Shown piece by piece: positions 6,462 to 15,809 of a stretch of 33,236 nt of DNA. The translations under genes were made by a program, and so were the position numbers. Origin of the DNA: Bacteroidota bacterium (GTDB taxonomy: Bacteria > Bacteroidota > Bacteroidia > UKL13-3); assembly GCA_040385895.1 (NCBI GenBank), contig JAZKGM010000105.1, forward strand, positions 1-33,236, read 5' to 3'. Under the pieces are notes generated by a model. The model did not search any database and was not told where the DNA came from. It saw only the letters and a program-made list of their open reading frames with translations. Position 1 is the first letter of the stretch, and each line of letters begins with the position of its first letter.

Positions 6462-7313
6462 TTAATTACTATCCAGGATCTCAGCAATTTCATCCAGGTT
6501 TGGCGTTACGATAATTTCGATGCGCCTGTTCTTTCTGCGCGCTTCTGCTGTTGGCGCAGGGTCTATCGGGTAATACTCCGCACGGCCTGATGCAATAAAA
6601 CGGGCCGGGGCCACTTTGCCGGCCTTGTTCATTAAGCGGATCACCGAAGTGGCACGAAGCACACTGATGTCCCAGTTGTCTTTAAATGCTTTGCCCTTAT
6701 AAGGAATATCATCGGTATGGCCTTCAACCGTCAAGATCGTGGTGGGATCTTCATTTAATGCCGTAGAAATTTCGATAAGCGCCTGGCGGCCTTCGGGGTT
6801 CACATCCACCTTGCCTGATTGAAACAAGAGGCGTTCGTCAAGCGAAATGTACACCTTCCCCCCTACCACATGCACATTAACCCCTTTATCTTTAAAGCCC
6901 AATAAGGCATTATGCAGGCGTTCGCGGGTGGCACGCATCATCGAATCTTTACGGAACAGCACGGCTTCCAGCTCGGCAATTTTTCCGGCCGACAATTTCA
7001 GGCGGCTTGCCTGGTTTGATAATTCTTCCCGTAACCGTCTTCTTTCTGCTTCCAGTCTTGCCCGCTCAGCATCTCCCTGGTTCATATTAAGCCTGCAAAC
7101 AGAATCAATATAAGCGGAATCCCTGCGGATGCGGTCCACTTCAGCAAGCAACATCGCGATGCGTTTGTCACCAATATTATTCTTTGCCCTCAGCATCTGG
7201 TACTGGCCGTCTGAATACACCCAAAGGGCATACATATCATCATATTTGCGCTGAGATACGCAGGATGAAAGGACAAGAAGGATGGCTACTGATAAAAAAC
7301 TTTTGATGCGCAT
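6462..7313 (-). CDS. OmpA/MotB-family lipoprotein (peptidoglycan-binding OmpA C-terminal domain)
   Basis: Lipoprotein signal MRIKSFLSVAILLVLSSC, a coiled-coil middle, then TVEGHTDDIPY...NWDISVLRATSV...ASGRAEYYP...RRKNRRIEIIV. Confidence 0.9.
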   Translation of the reverse strand: MRIKSFLSVAILLVLSSCVSQRKYDDMYALWVYSDGQYQMLRAKNNIGDKRIAMLLAEVDRIRRDSAYIDSVCRLNMNQGDAERARLEAERRRLREELSNQASRLKLSAGKIAELEAVLFRKDSMMRATRERLHNALLGFKDKGVNVHVVGGKVYISLDERLLFQSGKVDVNPEGRQALIEISTALNEDPTTILTVEGHTDDIPYKGKAFKDNWDISVLRATSVIRLMNKAGKVAPARFIASGRAEYYPIDPAPTAEARRKNRRIEIIVTPNLDEIAEILDSN

Positions 7314-7339
7314 AAAATTGGAAGGTAGGGTTACCTCAT

Positions 7340-7347
7340 CAAATATA
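7340..7347 (-). promoter_or_regulatory. -7 promoter element (TATATTTG on the minus strand) for the OmpA-like gene
   Basis: Plus-strand CAAATATA is TATATTTG on the minus strand, 26 nt upstream of the ATG at 7313. Confidence 0.35.
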
Positions 7348-7408
7348 CTTTTTTCACGGAAATAAAAAAGATGGTTTGCCTGTTAACGCAGGCTTTGCCC
7401 ATACTTTG

Positions 7409-8968
7409 TTATAATTGGATCTCTTCCCCGTTACCGTTAATAAAACGGTACTCGCCAAAATGGAACGAGTTGATCGGTTTGATGTTGATCCAACGTTTAT
7501 ATTTAAGCGACCATTTCACGCGCATGGAGTTGAAAAAACCTTTGGTGAAAAACGCATAAATATACGGGTGAACTTCGATGCTGATCGCACCTTTCATGTT
7601 CATGTTCTCTAACAGGTATTTGAGCCTGTTCTCAATCTCATCCGCAATCACCACGCTGCTGGTGATCTCGCCTGTGCCTTTGCAGGTCGGGCATTTTTCG
7701 GCCGTTACCACATTCATTTCGGGCCGCACACGCTGGCGTGTGATCTGGATCAACCCGAAGGGGCTCATCGGCAGGATCTTGTGTTTTGCACGATCCGTCC
7801 TCATTTCCTCTTTCAGGCGTTCGTAAACGAGGCGCTTGTTACCGGGCGTTTTCTGGTCGATAAAATCAACCACGATAATGCCACCCATGTCCCTCAGTCT
7901 GAGCTGGCGTGCAATTTCGGCAGCCGCTTCCAGGTTCACCTTCAGTGCATTCTGGTCCTGGTTAATGTCTTTGCCCACTATGCTTCCGCTGTTCACATCC
8001 ACTACGTGCAACGCTTCCGTATGTTCAATGATCAGGTAAGAGCCGCCCATAAAGTTCACCTCTTTTCCAAAAGATGTTTTGATCTGCTTGTCAATTCCGT
8101 AATGATCAAAAATGGCTTGTTTCCCATTGTATACTTTTACGATCTTTTCCAGCTCGGGGGCTTTTTTGGCCACATAACCTTTTATCGCATTGTACAGGAA
8201 ATTATCATTCACATAGATCCCCGAAAAATCATCGTTCAGCAGGTCGCGCACCAAAGTAAGTGTACGCTCGCTTTCGCCCAGCACCTTTTGCCCCTGTACA
8301 GCCGTATTCACCTGTGAGCAAAGCTGCTCCCAGCGTTTCATCAGGTCTTTCAGGTCATTTTCCAGTTCTTCCACGCTTTGCCCTTCGGCAACCGTACGCA
8401 CAATTACACCGAAGTTTGCAGGTTTAATGCTTTGCACGAGCTTTTTCAGCCGCATGCGTTCTTCGGTTTTTACGATCTTTTTCGAAATGGAAACCACCCC
8501 GTCAAATGGCATTAACACCACATAGCGGCCGGCAAGGGATAACTGGGAAGTAAGGCGGGGACCTTTATTGGAAATAGGTTCTTTTGTAACCTGCACCACC
8601 ACCTGTTGCATGCGCTGCAACACCTGGTTTATCTTACCTGTTTTTTCAATATCGGGCTCATTATGGCCGGCATCGGGCCAGATATTGGCATTGGGATTAT
8701 TGCGCAAATTACGGATGTGCTTGAGCTGCGATTTGATCTGCGGCCCAAGGTCGAGGTAATGCAAAAACGCGTCTTTCTCATGGCCTACATCCACGAAGGC
8801 AGCGTTTAAGCCGGGCATCAGTTTATTAACTGTGCCGAAGTAAACATCGCCAACGGAAAAACTATTGTCGGCTTTCTCATGATGCAGTTCAATAAGCTTC
8901 TTGTCTCGCAACAACGCAATTTCAACTCCACCATTCTGAAGACTATTAATTACCAGTTCGTAACTCAC
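7409..8968 (-). CDS. rng: Rne/Rng-family ribonuclease (RNase G)
   Basis: 519 aa. S1 domain (GDVYFGTVNKLMPGLNAAFVDVG), EHTEALHVVDVNSG and the Zn-link CPTCKGTG. Confidence 0.93.
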   Translation of the reverse strand: MSYELVINSLQNGGVEIALLRDKKLIELHHEKADNSFSVGDVYFGTVNKLMPGLNAAFVDVGHEKDAFLHYLDLGPQIKSQLKHIRNLRNNPNANIWPDAGHNEPDIEKTGKINQVLQRMQQVVVQVTKEPISNKGPRLTSQLSLAGRYVVLMPFDGVVSISKKIVKTEERMRLKKLVQSIKPANFGVIVRTVAEGQSVEELENDLKDLMKRWEQLCSQVNTAVQGQKVLGESERTLTLVRDLLNDDFSGIYVNDNFLYNAIKGYVAKKAPELEKIVKVYNGKQAIFDHYGIDKQIKTSFGKEVNFMGGSYLIIEHTEALHVVDVNSGSIVGKDINQDQNALKVNLEAAAEIARQLRLRDMGGIIVVDFIDQKTPGNKRLVYERLKEEMRTDRAKHKILPMSPFGLIQITRQRVRPEMNVVTAEKCPTCKGTGEITSSVVIADEIENRLKYLLENMNMKGAISIEVHPYIYAFFTKGFFNSMRVKWSLKYKRWINIKPINSFHFGEYRFINGNGEEIQL

Positions 8969-9073
8969 AATTTAACAGGTATGATTAAAAAACAGCAAAC
9001 CGCTCAATACATTCGAACGGTTCACTTTTGGAAAAGATCTTTATAAAAAGACAAAGAGGGAGGTTAAGAAAAT

Positions 9074-9163
9074 TTATTTTTTCTTATGCCTGTTCTTACG
9101 AAGTCTTTTTTTGCGTTTGTGCGTTGCGATCTTATGTCTTTTTCTTTTCTTTCCGCTTGGCAT
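9074..9163 (-). CDS. 29-aa hyper-basic protein (bS22 / AURKAIP1-COX24-like candidate)
   Basis: Hand translation gives MPSGKKRKRHKIATHKRKKRLRKNRHKKK*, with 17 K/R in 29 residues. Starts 4 nt after the TPR gene stop on the same strand. Too short for the ORF track. Confidence 0.55.
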   Translation of the reverse strand: MPSGKKRKRHKIATHKRKKRLRKNRHKKK

Positions 9164-9167
9164 AGCT

Positions 9168-9986
9168 TTATAATTGGTTTAGTTTGTTAATAATATTGTC
9201 GACTTCCTTCTTCGCCTCTTTGTCTTTCACAAGAGTCTTGCAGGTCTCGTATGTTTTTATTGCTTTTTTTGTCTGGCCTGTTTTGGCGTAAACCTCTCCC
9301 AGGTAAAAATAATACTCGGGGTTAAAAGGTTGCAGCTTCACCAGCTTTTCAAAACGTTCAACAGCTTTATCAAATTGGCTGCTTTGCATCGAAAGCATGC
9401 CTAAAGTGAAGATCGCCTGAAGGTTATTTGAATCGGTGGCAACCACTTCCTTCAACATCCCCACCCCTTTCATCACATCGTTTTCGCCCTGGATAATGCA
9501 TATGGCCAATGCATTTTTAGCTTCGAGGTTTGCCGGGTTAATTTCCAGCACCTTTTCAAAAGCAAGTTTTGCATGCTGCACCGCATCGGTGATCATCAAA
9601 CTGTCGCTGCCAAAATTGGCCACATTGTAAAATTTAGAACCGGCCATATACCAGGTCATCTCTGCAGGATCCTTTTCGGCAAGCTTGTAGGTATAATAAG
9701 CACCTGCATAACTCACGTTCATCGAATCCCACAAACCGGCCAGCTTTACTAAACTTTCCTTGTTTGCTTTATCCTTCTCCAGTAACTCAACCTGGCTGAT
9801 CTGTTGAGGCTTAAGTTGTTTTTTTTGTTGTTCAATGAACTGTTCAGCATCAAATTTTACCGTTAAAGAAGAAACCCCTTTTGAGCTGCTTTGCCCAAAA
9901 GGAGTTTTGTAGCCCATAGCAAACAGGCTGATGATAACAACCAATGCTATGGTAACCAGTAAAACTTGTTTGCTGTTGAATTTCAT
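9168..9986 (-). CDS. tetratricopeptide-repeat protein with an N-terminal membrane anchor
   Basis: 272 aa. TM helix VLLVTIALVVIISLFAM, then TPR-like repeats (AKNALAICII..., YFYLGEVYAKTGQTKKAIKTYE). Confidence 0.8.
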   Translation of the reverse strand: MKFNSKQVLLVTIALVVIISLFAMGYKTPFGQSSSKGVSSLTVKFDAEQFIEQQKKQLKPQQISQVELLEKDKANKESLVKLAGLWDSMNVSYAGAYYTYKLAEKDPAEMTWYMAGSKFYNVANFGSDSLMITDAVQHAKLAFEKVLEINPANLEAKNALAICIIQGENDVMKGVGMLKEVVATDSNNLQAIFTLGMLSMQSSQFDKAVERFEKLVKLQPFNPEYYFYLGEVYAKTGQTKKAIKTYETCKTLVKDKEAKKEVDNIINKLNQL

Positions 9987-10306
9987 TAAGCTTTAGCTGC
10001 TAACTTAGCTGCTTTGGTTTTAACCGTATCGCTTCTTTTCACTTTATCTACAAAAGTTTTAGCCGGTTTAAAGCTTGGTATGTAATGTTCGTCAATCACC
10101 ATTGCGGTGTTTTTAGAAATGTTACGGGCAATTTTTTTAGCTCTCTTCTTAATAACGAAGCTACCAAAACCGCGGAAATAAACATTTTTACCCTCTGTCA
10201 TTGAGGTTCTTACTACTTTAAAGAAAGATTCTACGGCTTCTTGCACATGTGCTTTCTCAATTCCTGTTTTTGTTGCGATTTCTGCAATTACTTCTGCTTT
10301 TGTCAT
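9986..10306 (-). CDS. HU-family DNA-binding protein
   Basis: MTKAEVIAEIATKTGI...FRGFGSFVIKKRAKKIARNI...IPSFKPAKTF. Its stop overlaps the TPR gene start by 1 nt (TAATG). Confidence 0.9.
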   Translation of the reverse strand: MTKAEVIAEIATKTGIEKAHVQEAVESFFKVVRTSMTEGKNVYFRGFGSFVIKKRAKKIARNISKNTAMVIDEHYIPSFKPAKTFVDKVKRSDTVKTKAAKLAAKA

Positions 10307-10380
10307 TTTCTACGGTTTTAACTATTAATAACTTTAAAGTCAAATGATTGTGTTGTTCCCCCTTTTTGCAAAGCGGGTTG

Positions 10381-10388
10381 CAAATGTA
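10381..10388 (-). promoter_or_regulatory. possible -7 element (TACATTTG on the minus strand) for the HU gene
   Basis: Plus-strand CAAATGTA, 74 nt upstream of the ATG at 10306. Confidence 0.25.
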
Positions 10389-10438
10389 TGAATTTCAAAA
10401 CAAAATGCACTATTTGGTATAAAAAATTATCAGACCCT

Positions 10439-10446
10439 TATTTTTG
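10439..10446 (+). promoter_or_regulatory. -7 promoter element TATTTTTG for mutY
   Basis: Matches TAnnTTTG, 9 nt before the ATG at 10456. It contains the TTG that the ORF track used as a start. Confidence 0.35.
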
Positions 10447-10455
10447 CGTCATTCA

Positions 10456-11514
10456 ATGACTCTCTTAGCACCTTTAATAAAATGGTATCATGCCAGCAAA
10501 CGCGATTTGCCCTGGCGCGAAACAACTGATCCTTACCGCATCTGGTTATCGGAAGTTATTATGCAGCAAACCCGGGTCGAACAGGGTTTGCCTTACTACA
10601 ATAAGTTCGTTGATAAATACCCTACGCTCCATGCGCTGGCCAATGCCAATGACGATGATGTGATGAAGCTGTGGCAGGGACTTGGCTACTACAGCCGTGC
10701 ATCCAATATGCTTAAAACTGCACGCATCATCGAAGCGGAACACGAGGGTGTTTTCCCCGACACCTACAACAGGCTGCTTGAACTGAAAGGCATCGGACCT
10801 TATACCGCAGCAGCCATTTCCTCCTTTGCCTTTAATGAAGCGCAGGCGGTTGTTGATGGAAATGTATACCGTGTGCTCTCGCGCCTGTTTGCCATTGACG
10901 AACCCATTAATTCCTCGAAAGGAAAAAAGCTGTTTGCCGAAGTTGCCCGGGAAGTGCTCAACGAAAAAGTTCCGGCCACACACAACCAGGCCATTATGGA
11001 ATTGGGCGCCACGGTTTGCAAACCCAAACAGGCCTTATGTAATGTTTGTGTACTGCGCCTGCAGTGCGAGGCTTATAAGCAAAACCGGGTGTATGATTTC
11101 CCTGTGAAAGATAAAAAGCGCAAGCCGGTCGACCGCTTCCTGAATTATATTTTTATTAAAGATGCCAGGAACAATACCTACATCAGGCAACGTGTTGATG
11201 AAGGGATCTGGAACATGCTGTATGAGTTCCCGGTTATTGAAACCCAGGCAGCAACGGATGAAAATGAATTACTGGAACATGCTCATTTAAAAGAGCGGTT
11301 TTCGCACCAGCCGCAGCAGCTGCGCCTGCTTTTCGCATCAAAACACCAGCTCACGCACCAAACCATTTACGCTGTTTTCTGGCTGGCCGAAGGCCAAAAT
11401 ATCGTGCCGCTTAAGCCCGAAGGCTTTATTAAAATCAATTTAAACCTCATCCATAATTATGCAGTACCCCGTTTGCTTGAGCGGTTTATAAACCATATAT
11501 TGCCTCAACAATAG
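10456..11514 (+). CDS. mutY: A/G-specific adenine DNA glycosylase MutY
   Basis: LPWRETTDPYRIWLSEVIMQQTRV, GLGYYSRA, HhH (LKGIGPYTAAAI), the 4Fe-4S cluster CKPKQALCNVCVLRLQC and a C-terminal NUDIX-like domain. The ATG at 10456 is preferred to the TTG at 10444. Confidence 0.93.
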   Translation: MTLLAPLIKWYHASKRDLPWRETTDPYRIWLSEVIMQQTRVEQGLPYYNKFVDKYPTLHALANANDDDVMKLWQGLGYYSRASNMLKTARIIEAEHEGVFPDTYNRLLELKGIGPYTAAAISSFAFNEAQAVVDGNVYRVLSRLFAIDEPINSSKGKKLFAEVAREVLNEKVPATHNQAIMELGATVCKPKQALCNVCVLRLQCEAYKQNRVYDFPVKDKKRKPVDRFLNYIFIKDARNNTYIRQRVDEGIWNMLYEFPVIETQAATDENELLEHAHLKERFSHQPQQLRLLFASKHQLTHQTIYAVFWLAEGQNIVPLKPEGFIKINLNLIHNYAVPRLLERFINHILPQQ

Positions 11515-11594
11515 GTATTTAACAATTATTTCGGGTTGAAGCTTAACAGCCAAAGCTTCCTCCGGTAAAATTTCACTTTTAATTAACGCATGGT

Positions 11595-12065
11595 ATGAGT
11601 GTGAATAAAGTAATCTTAATCGGCAACCTGGGCCGCGATCCCGAACAACCGCGTGTACTTGGTGCAAATAACACCCGGAGGGTATTAACGATCAGCATGG
11701 CCACCAGCGAAACCTATACCGACAGCCGCACAGGGGAACGCAGAACAGATACCGAATGGCACCGGGTGGAGCTTTGGGATAACCTTGCCGACATTGCCCA
11801 TAAGTACCTGCACAAAGGTTCAACCATATATGTAGAAGGAAAAATACGCACCGAAAAATGGACCGACCAGAGCGGGATCGAGCGTTCGGGAATAAAAATA
11901 AGGGCAAATACATTAACTTTGCTCGGCTCGCGCAACAACAGCAATGGCAACGAAGCAGTGCAAAACACTTCGCAGCCGGCCAGCCACGCGAACAATGCAA
12001 CGCAGGCACCTAATCATGCAGGCGATGTAAACTCAGGCAGTGCCGAAGACGATCTTCCGTTTTAA
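11595..12065 (+). CDS. ssb: single-stranded DNA-binding protein
   Basis: MSVNKVILIGNLGRDPE OB fold, a disordered tail and the canonical C-terminal DDLPF. Confidence 0.95.
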   Translation: MSVNKVILIGNLGRDPEQPRVLGANNTRRVLTISMATSETYTDSRTGERRTDTEWHRVELWDNLADIAHKYLHKGSTIYVEGKIRTEKWTDQSGIERSGIKIRANTLTLLGSRNNSNGNEAVQNTSQPASHANNATQAPNHAGDVNSGSAEDDLPF

Positions 12066-12095
12066 GCCTGCTATGTTAAACCTAATAAAGTAATT

Positions 12096-13451
12096 TTGGA
12101 AAGTAGTTTATCGGCCGAACCTCCGGTCAATTTGATCTTAAGCATTATTAACCCGGCATTTTCCCCTGCCGATTTACCCACCCTGTTTATTTGTGCAGGA
12201 ATTATCGTGCTGTTCATTATGTGCTCAGCCATCATATCAAGCTCCGAAAATGCATTTTTCTCTTTGAGCAAAACACAAATAGCCGACCTCACAGAAGAAG
12301 ACGAGAGCCGCACCACACAAAGCGCCTCATACCTCATCTCGCATCCAAAACATTTACTGGCCACCATTCTCATCTCAAATACCTTTGTCAATATCTCTAT
12401 CGTGATGCTCTCCACCATTATGATGGGGTTGCTGTTCGACTTTAGTGTGAATCACTTTGTAGGTTTCCTCATCGAAGTGGTGCTGGTTACATTCATGCTG
12501 GTGTTGTTTGGCGAGGTGATGCCAAAGATCTATGCCTCGCAGAACAACATGCGTGTTGCACGCTTTGTGGCCATTCCCATGTTCACCTTAAGCAAGTTGC
12601 TTAAACCGCTGGTGTTCGTATTGGTCAGGTCAACCACCATTATTGATAAGCGGGTCACCAAAAAGGGCCACATCCTTTCGGTTGATGAGCTGACACATGC
12701 CATCGACATCACCAATGAAGAGGAAACTCCTAAAGAAGAAAAGGTCATCTTAAAGTCGATCGTCAACTTCGGGAACATCACCGTGAAGCAGATCATGCGG
12801 CAAAGGCCTGATATTACTGCAATCCGCACGGATACCCCGTTTAAACAGCTGCTGATGAAGATTAACGACTGGGGTTATTCCCGTGTACCTGTTTATACCG
12901 GCAACCTCGACAATATTTCGGGCGTGCTGAACATTAAAGACCTGCTGCCGCACATGAACAAAGGCGATGAATTCGACTGGCTTACCCTTGTGCGCAAAAC
13001 ATACTTTGTGCCTGAAAGTAAAAAGATCGATGACCTGCTGAAAGAATTCCAGAGCAAACGCGTACACCTTGCATTGGTGGTGGATGAATTTGGAGGCACG
13101 CAGGGCATCGTTACCATGGAAGATATTTTGGAAGAAATTTTTGGTGAGATCCATGATGAGTTTGACGAGGATGAGATCTTTTATTCGCGCCTCAATGAAA
13201 CCACGTACGTGTTTGAAGCCAAGATCCCGATCAACGACATGTGCAAGTTCATGGGCATTGAAACCGAAGTGTTTGATGAGGTGAGGAATGAAGCAGATAC
13301 AATTGGCGGAATGCTGCTGGAGCTGGAAGGGGAGATGCCGAAACAGGGAGATAAGATCACCTTCGACCGGTTTAAGTTTACCATTGAATCGGCTGATAAA
13401 AGAAAAATTAAACGTATAAAAGTAGAGCTGTTACATGCACAGGAAAATTAA
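12096..13451 (+). CDS. gldE: gliding motility-associated protein GldE (CNNM/DUF21 TM domain + CBS pair + CorC_HlyC)
   Basis: 451 aa with this domain order, directly upstream of and overlapping gldD as in other Bacteroidota. TTG start as given by the track, so the exact start is uncertain. Confidence 0.85.
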   Translation: MESSLSAEPPVNLILSIINPAFSPADLPTLFICAGIIVLFIMCSAIISSSENAFFSLSKTQIADLTEEDESRTTQSASYLISHPKHLLATILISNTFVNISIVMLSTIMMGLLFDFSVNHFVGFLIEVVLVTFMLVLFGEVMPKIYASQNNMRVARFVAIPMFTLSKLLKPLVFVLVRSTTIIDKRVTKKGHILSVDELTHAIDITNEEETPKEEKVILKSIVNFGNITVKQIMRQRPDITAIRTDTPFKQLLMKINDWGYSRVPVYTGNLDNISGVLNIKDLLPHMNKGDEFDWLTLVRKTYFVPESKKIDDLLKEFQSKRVHLALVVDEFGGTQGIVTMEDILEEIFGEIHDEFDEDEIFYSRLNETTYVFEAKIPINDMCKFMGIETEVFDEVRNEADTIGGMLLELEGEMPKQGDKITFDRFKFTIESADKRKIKRIKVELLHAQEN

Positions 13452-14031
13452 TCTTTTACCGGTCCCGATATTTATGGGGATAGCCTTTTTGGTATTGTTT
13501 TCCTCCTGCGAAGGTGATTATACGCCCAAACCAAGGGGCTTTCAGCGGTTTGTGTTCGAACCTAAAACGTATGTTCCGTACACCAACAAATGTGGCTTTA
13601 GCTTCGACCTGCCCGATTATGCATTGGTTGTTCCCGATTACCTGAGCGGGCAGATACACGATTGCTGGTACAATATCTATTACAAGCCCTTCAACGCCAC
13701 GCTTCATCTCAGCTACAATCCCATCCGCAACAATGCCGAATACATCAAACTCTCTGAAGATGCACGCACCCTGGTGTATAAACACACCGTGAAGGCGGAT
13801 GAGATCTATGAAACGTATATAGAAAATGCACACGTGAAAGGAATGGTGTATGAGCTGAGCGGCAATACCGCAACCAGCTTCCAGTTCTACGTAACCGACA
13901 GCACAAAGAATTACATCCGCGGGGCCTTGTACTTTAATGTACAAACCAATACCGACAGCGTGGCTCCTGTATTGGCTTATCTTGAAAAAGATATTTATAA
14001 AATGATCGAAACCCTGAGGTGGACGAAGTGA
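13435..14031 (+). CDS. gldD: gliding motility lipoprotein GldD
   Basis: Lipobox LVLFSSCEGDYTPKPRGFQRF (the PKPRG motif is typical of GldD). Overlaps gldE by 17 nt. Confidence 0.85.
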   Translation: MHRKINLLPVPIFMGIAFLVLFSSCEGDYTPKPRGFQRFVFEPKTYVPYTNKCGFSFDLPDYALVVPDYLSGQIHDCWYNIYYKPFNATLHLSYNPIRNNAEYIKLSEDARTLVYKHTVKADEIYETYIENAHVKGMVYELSGNTATSFQFYVTDSTKNYIRGALYFNVQTNTDSVAPVLAYLEKDIYKMIETLRWTK

Positions 14032-14083
14032 TCGTTCGAACAGAACATAGCCACATCACACATCACCCCTCTTCATCAATTAA

Positions 14084-14113
14084 AAACGCCATACAATTAC
14101 TTGCATGGCGTTT
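14084..14113. terminator. bidirectional terminator hairpin between convergent gldD and dnaA
   Basis: AAACGCCAT (14084-14092) pairs with ATGGCGTTT (14105-14113) around a 12-nt loop, with A/T-rich flanks on both sides. Confidence 0.6.
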
Positions 14114-14142
14114 AATATTTTATTCTTCAGAAGGTAGGGTTC

Positions 14143-15579
14143 TTATACCAGGTTTATTTTGATGCGTTTGCCGATCTCTTCAATGTCGGACTTGAATTTT
14201 TTATCTGTTTCGATCAGGTCATTCACTGTTTGGCAGGCATGGATAACGGTAGAGTGATCGCGGCCGCCAAAATGCATGCCTATTGTTTTTAACGAAGCTT
14301 TGGTCAGGTCCTTTGCATAGAACATAGAGATCTGGCGGGCCTGTACAATTTCGCGTTTACGTGTTTTCGATTTCACCAGGTCGACAGGGATGCTGAAATA
14401 ATCGCAAACCAGCTTTTGGATGAACTCGATAGAAATTTCGCGTGATGAATTTTTAACGAAGTTCTTGAGGATCTGTTTGGCCAGTTCCAGCGTTACTTCT
14501 TTCCTGTTCAGCGATGCCTGGGCCAGTAATGAAACCAATGCACCACGCAGCTCACGGATGTTGTTATTGATATTATGGGCAACGTATTCAACCACATCAC
14601 GGTTCAAGGTAATGCCGTCATTATACATCATGTGCTCCAGTATGGCTAAGCGTGTTTCAAAATCAGGCTGTTGCAGGTCGCACGATAAGCCCCATTTGAA
14701 ACGCGACAGCAGGCGTTCGTCCATACCTTTCAGGTCTTTAGGCGCACGGTCGCTGGTTAATATAATTTGTTTACCCTGTTGGTGTAAATGGTTGAAGATC
14801 GTAAAAAAGATCTCCTGTGTTTTTTGCTTGTTCTCTAAGAACTGAACATCATCCACGATCAGCACATCAATGTTCTGGTAAAAGTTGAGGAAATCCTGGT
14901 TGCTGTTATTGCGCACCGCTTCAACAAACTGGTTGGTGAACTTTTCAACCGGAACATACAGCACCACTTTGTTTTTGCTGTTCTGTTTGATCATGTTACC
15001 GATCGACTGAACCAGGTGGGTTTTGCCCAGGCCTGTTTCACTAAAGATCATCAGGGGGTTGAATGAAGTACCGCCAGGCTTGTTAGCCACTGCAAAACCT
15101 GCTGAGCGCGCAAGCCTGTTACAATCACCTTCAATAAAAGTATCAAAATTCTGGTTGGCATTCAGGTTACTGTCTATATTAACCTTTTTTAGCCCCGGTA
15201 TAATAAACGGGTTTTTTATGCTGCTTGTTAAATTAAGCGGCATGCCTATGTTCTGCGTATCTGATTTGGTATTGTTGCTACCCGGCAGGTTCACTACATA
15301 CGGGTTTGCATTATTACTGCTGTTCTCTACTATAATGTTATATTCTAACCTCGAGCCCGGACCCAGCTCCTGTTTCAATGTTTTTTTCAATAAGCTTACA
15401 TAATGTTCTTCTAACCATTCGTAAAAAAACTGGCTGGGTACCTGTATCGTTAAAATTTTATTATCAAGTTTTATTGGCTTAATGGGATCGAACCATGTTT
15501 TAAAGCTTTGTGGTGAAACATTGTCCTGGATCAGTTTTAAACAGTTATTCCAAACACTATCGGCAGATTTTTCGCTCAT
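14143..15579 (-). CDS. dnaA: chromosomal replication initiator protein DnaA
   Basis: 478 aa. Walker A (GETGLGKTHL), LIVDDVQFL, a sensor region and the C-terminal DNA-binding signature (QARQISMFYAKDLT...IGMHFGGRDHSTVIHA). Confidence 0.97.
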   Translation of the reverse strand: MSEKSADSVWNNCLKLIQDNVSPQSFKTWFDPIKPIKLDNKILTIQVPSQFFYEWLEEHYVSLLKKTLKQELGPGSRLEYNIIVENSSNNANPYVVNLPGSNNTKSDTQNIGMPLNLTSSIKNPFIIPGLKKVNIDSNLNANQNFDTFIEGDCNRLARSAGFAVANKPGGTSFNPLMIFSETGLGKTHLVQSIGNMIKQNSKNKVVLYVPVEKFTNQFVEAVRNNSNQDFLNFYQNIDVLIVDDVQFLENKQKTQEIFFTIFNHLHQQGKQIILTSDRAPKDLKGMDERLLSRFKWGLSCDLQQPDFETRLAILEHMMYNDGITLNRDVVEYVAHNINNNIRELRGALVSLLAQASLNRKEVTLELAKQILKNFVKNSSREISIEFIQKLVCDYFSIPVDLVKSKTRKREIVQARQISMFYAKDLTKASLKTIGMHFGGRDHSTVIHACQTVNDLIETDKKFKSDIEEIGKRIKINLV

Positions 15580-15620
15580 AATTTCAATACTCTTTTCGTT
15601 TGTGAAAATGGAGTATTTAC

Positions 15621-15629
15621 TGTGAATAA
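15621..15629. promoter_or_regulatory. single near-consensus DnaA box (TGTGAATAA vs TGTGGATAA) upstream of dnaA
   Basis: One mismatch to the consensus. Other box-like 9-mers in 15580-15809 have 2 or more mismatches. Confidence 0.3.
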
Positions 15630-15809
15630 AAAAATTTTTTTTAGGCGATAATTTATTTGGAAAATCCAGTTGTTACGTAACTGTTTGTTATTGTTGTTTT
15701 TTGTTTGATGAATTAAAATTTTTAACCCTGAAAAAAGTTAAAAATTTGTGTTTATAACCATGCTTTTTCTGTGTACAAAATTCATTGTATAAACAATTAT
15801 CAACGTGGT

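Noticed and set aside
7321-7332. 12-mer GAAGGTAGGGTT shared between 7321-7332 and 14129-14140, both next to gene ends
   Set aside because: Roughly (33 kb)^2/2 pairs divided by 4^12 gives tens of chance 12-mer matches in a window this size, and there is no extended similarity around them.
7378-7393. Possible terminator hairpin GCCTG-N6-CAGGC downstream of rng
   Set aside because: The stem is only 5 bp and the T-tract is 8 nt away on the relevant strand. Too weak to call.
7415-8809. Plus-strand ORFs in the track (for example 7781-8317 at 178 aa, and 7578-7826) lying inside the rng locus
   Set aside because: They are antisense to a well-supported 519-aa RNase G gene, have low-complexity or odd composition and no motifs. 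These are typical shadow ORFs. The same reasoning applies to antisense ORFs inside mutY, gldE, dnaA, scpA, ftsK and others.
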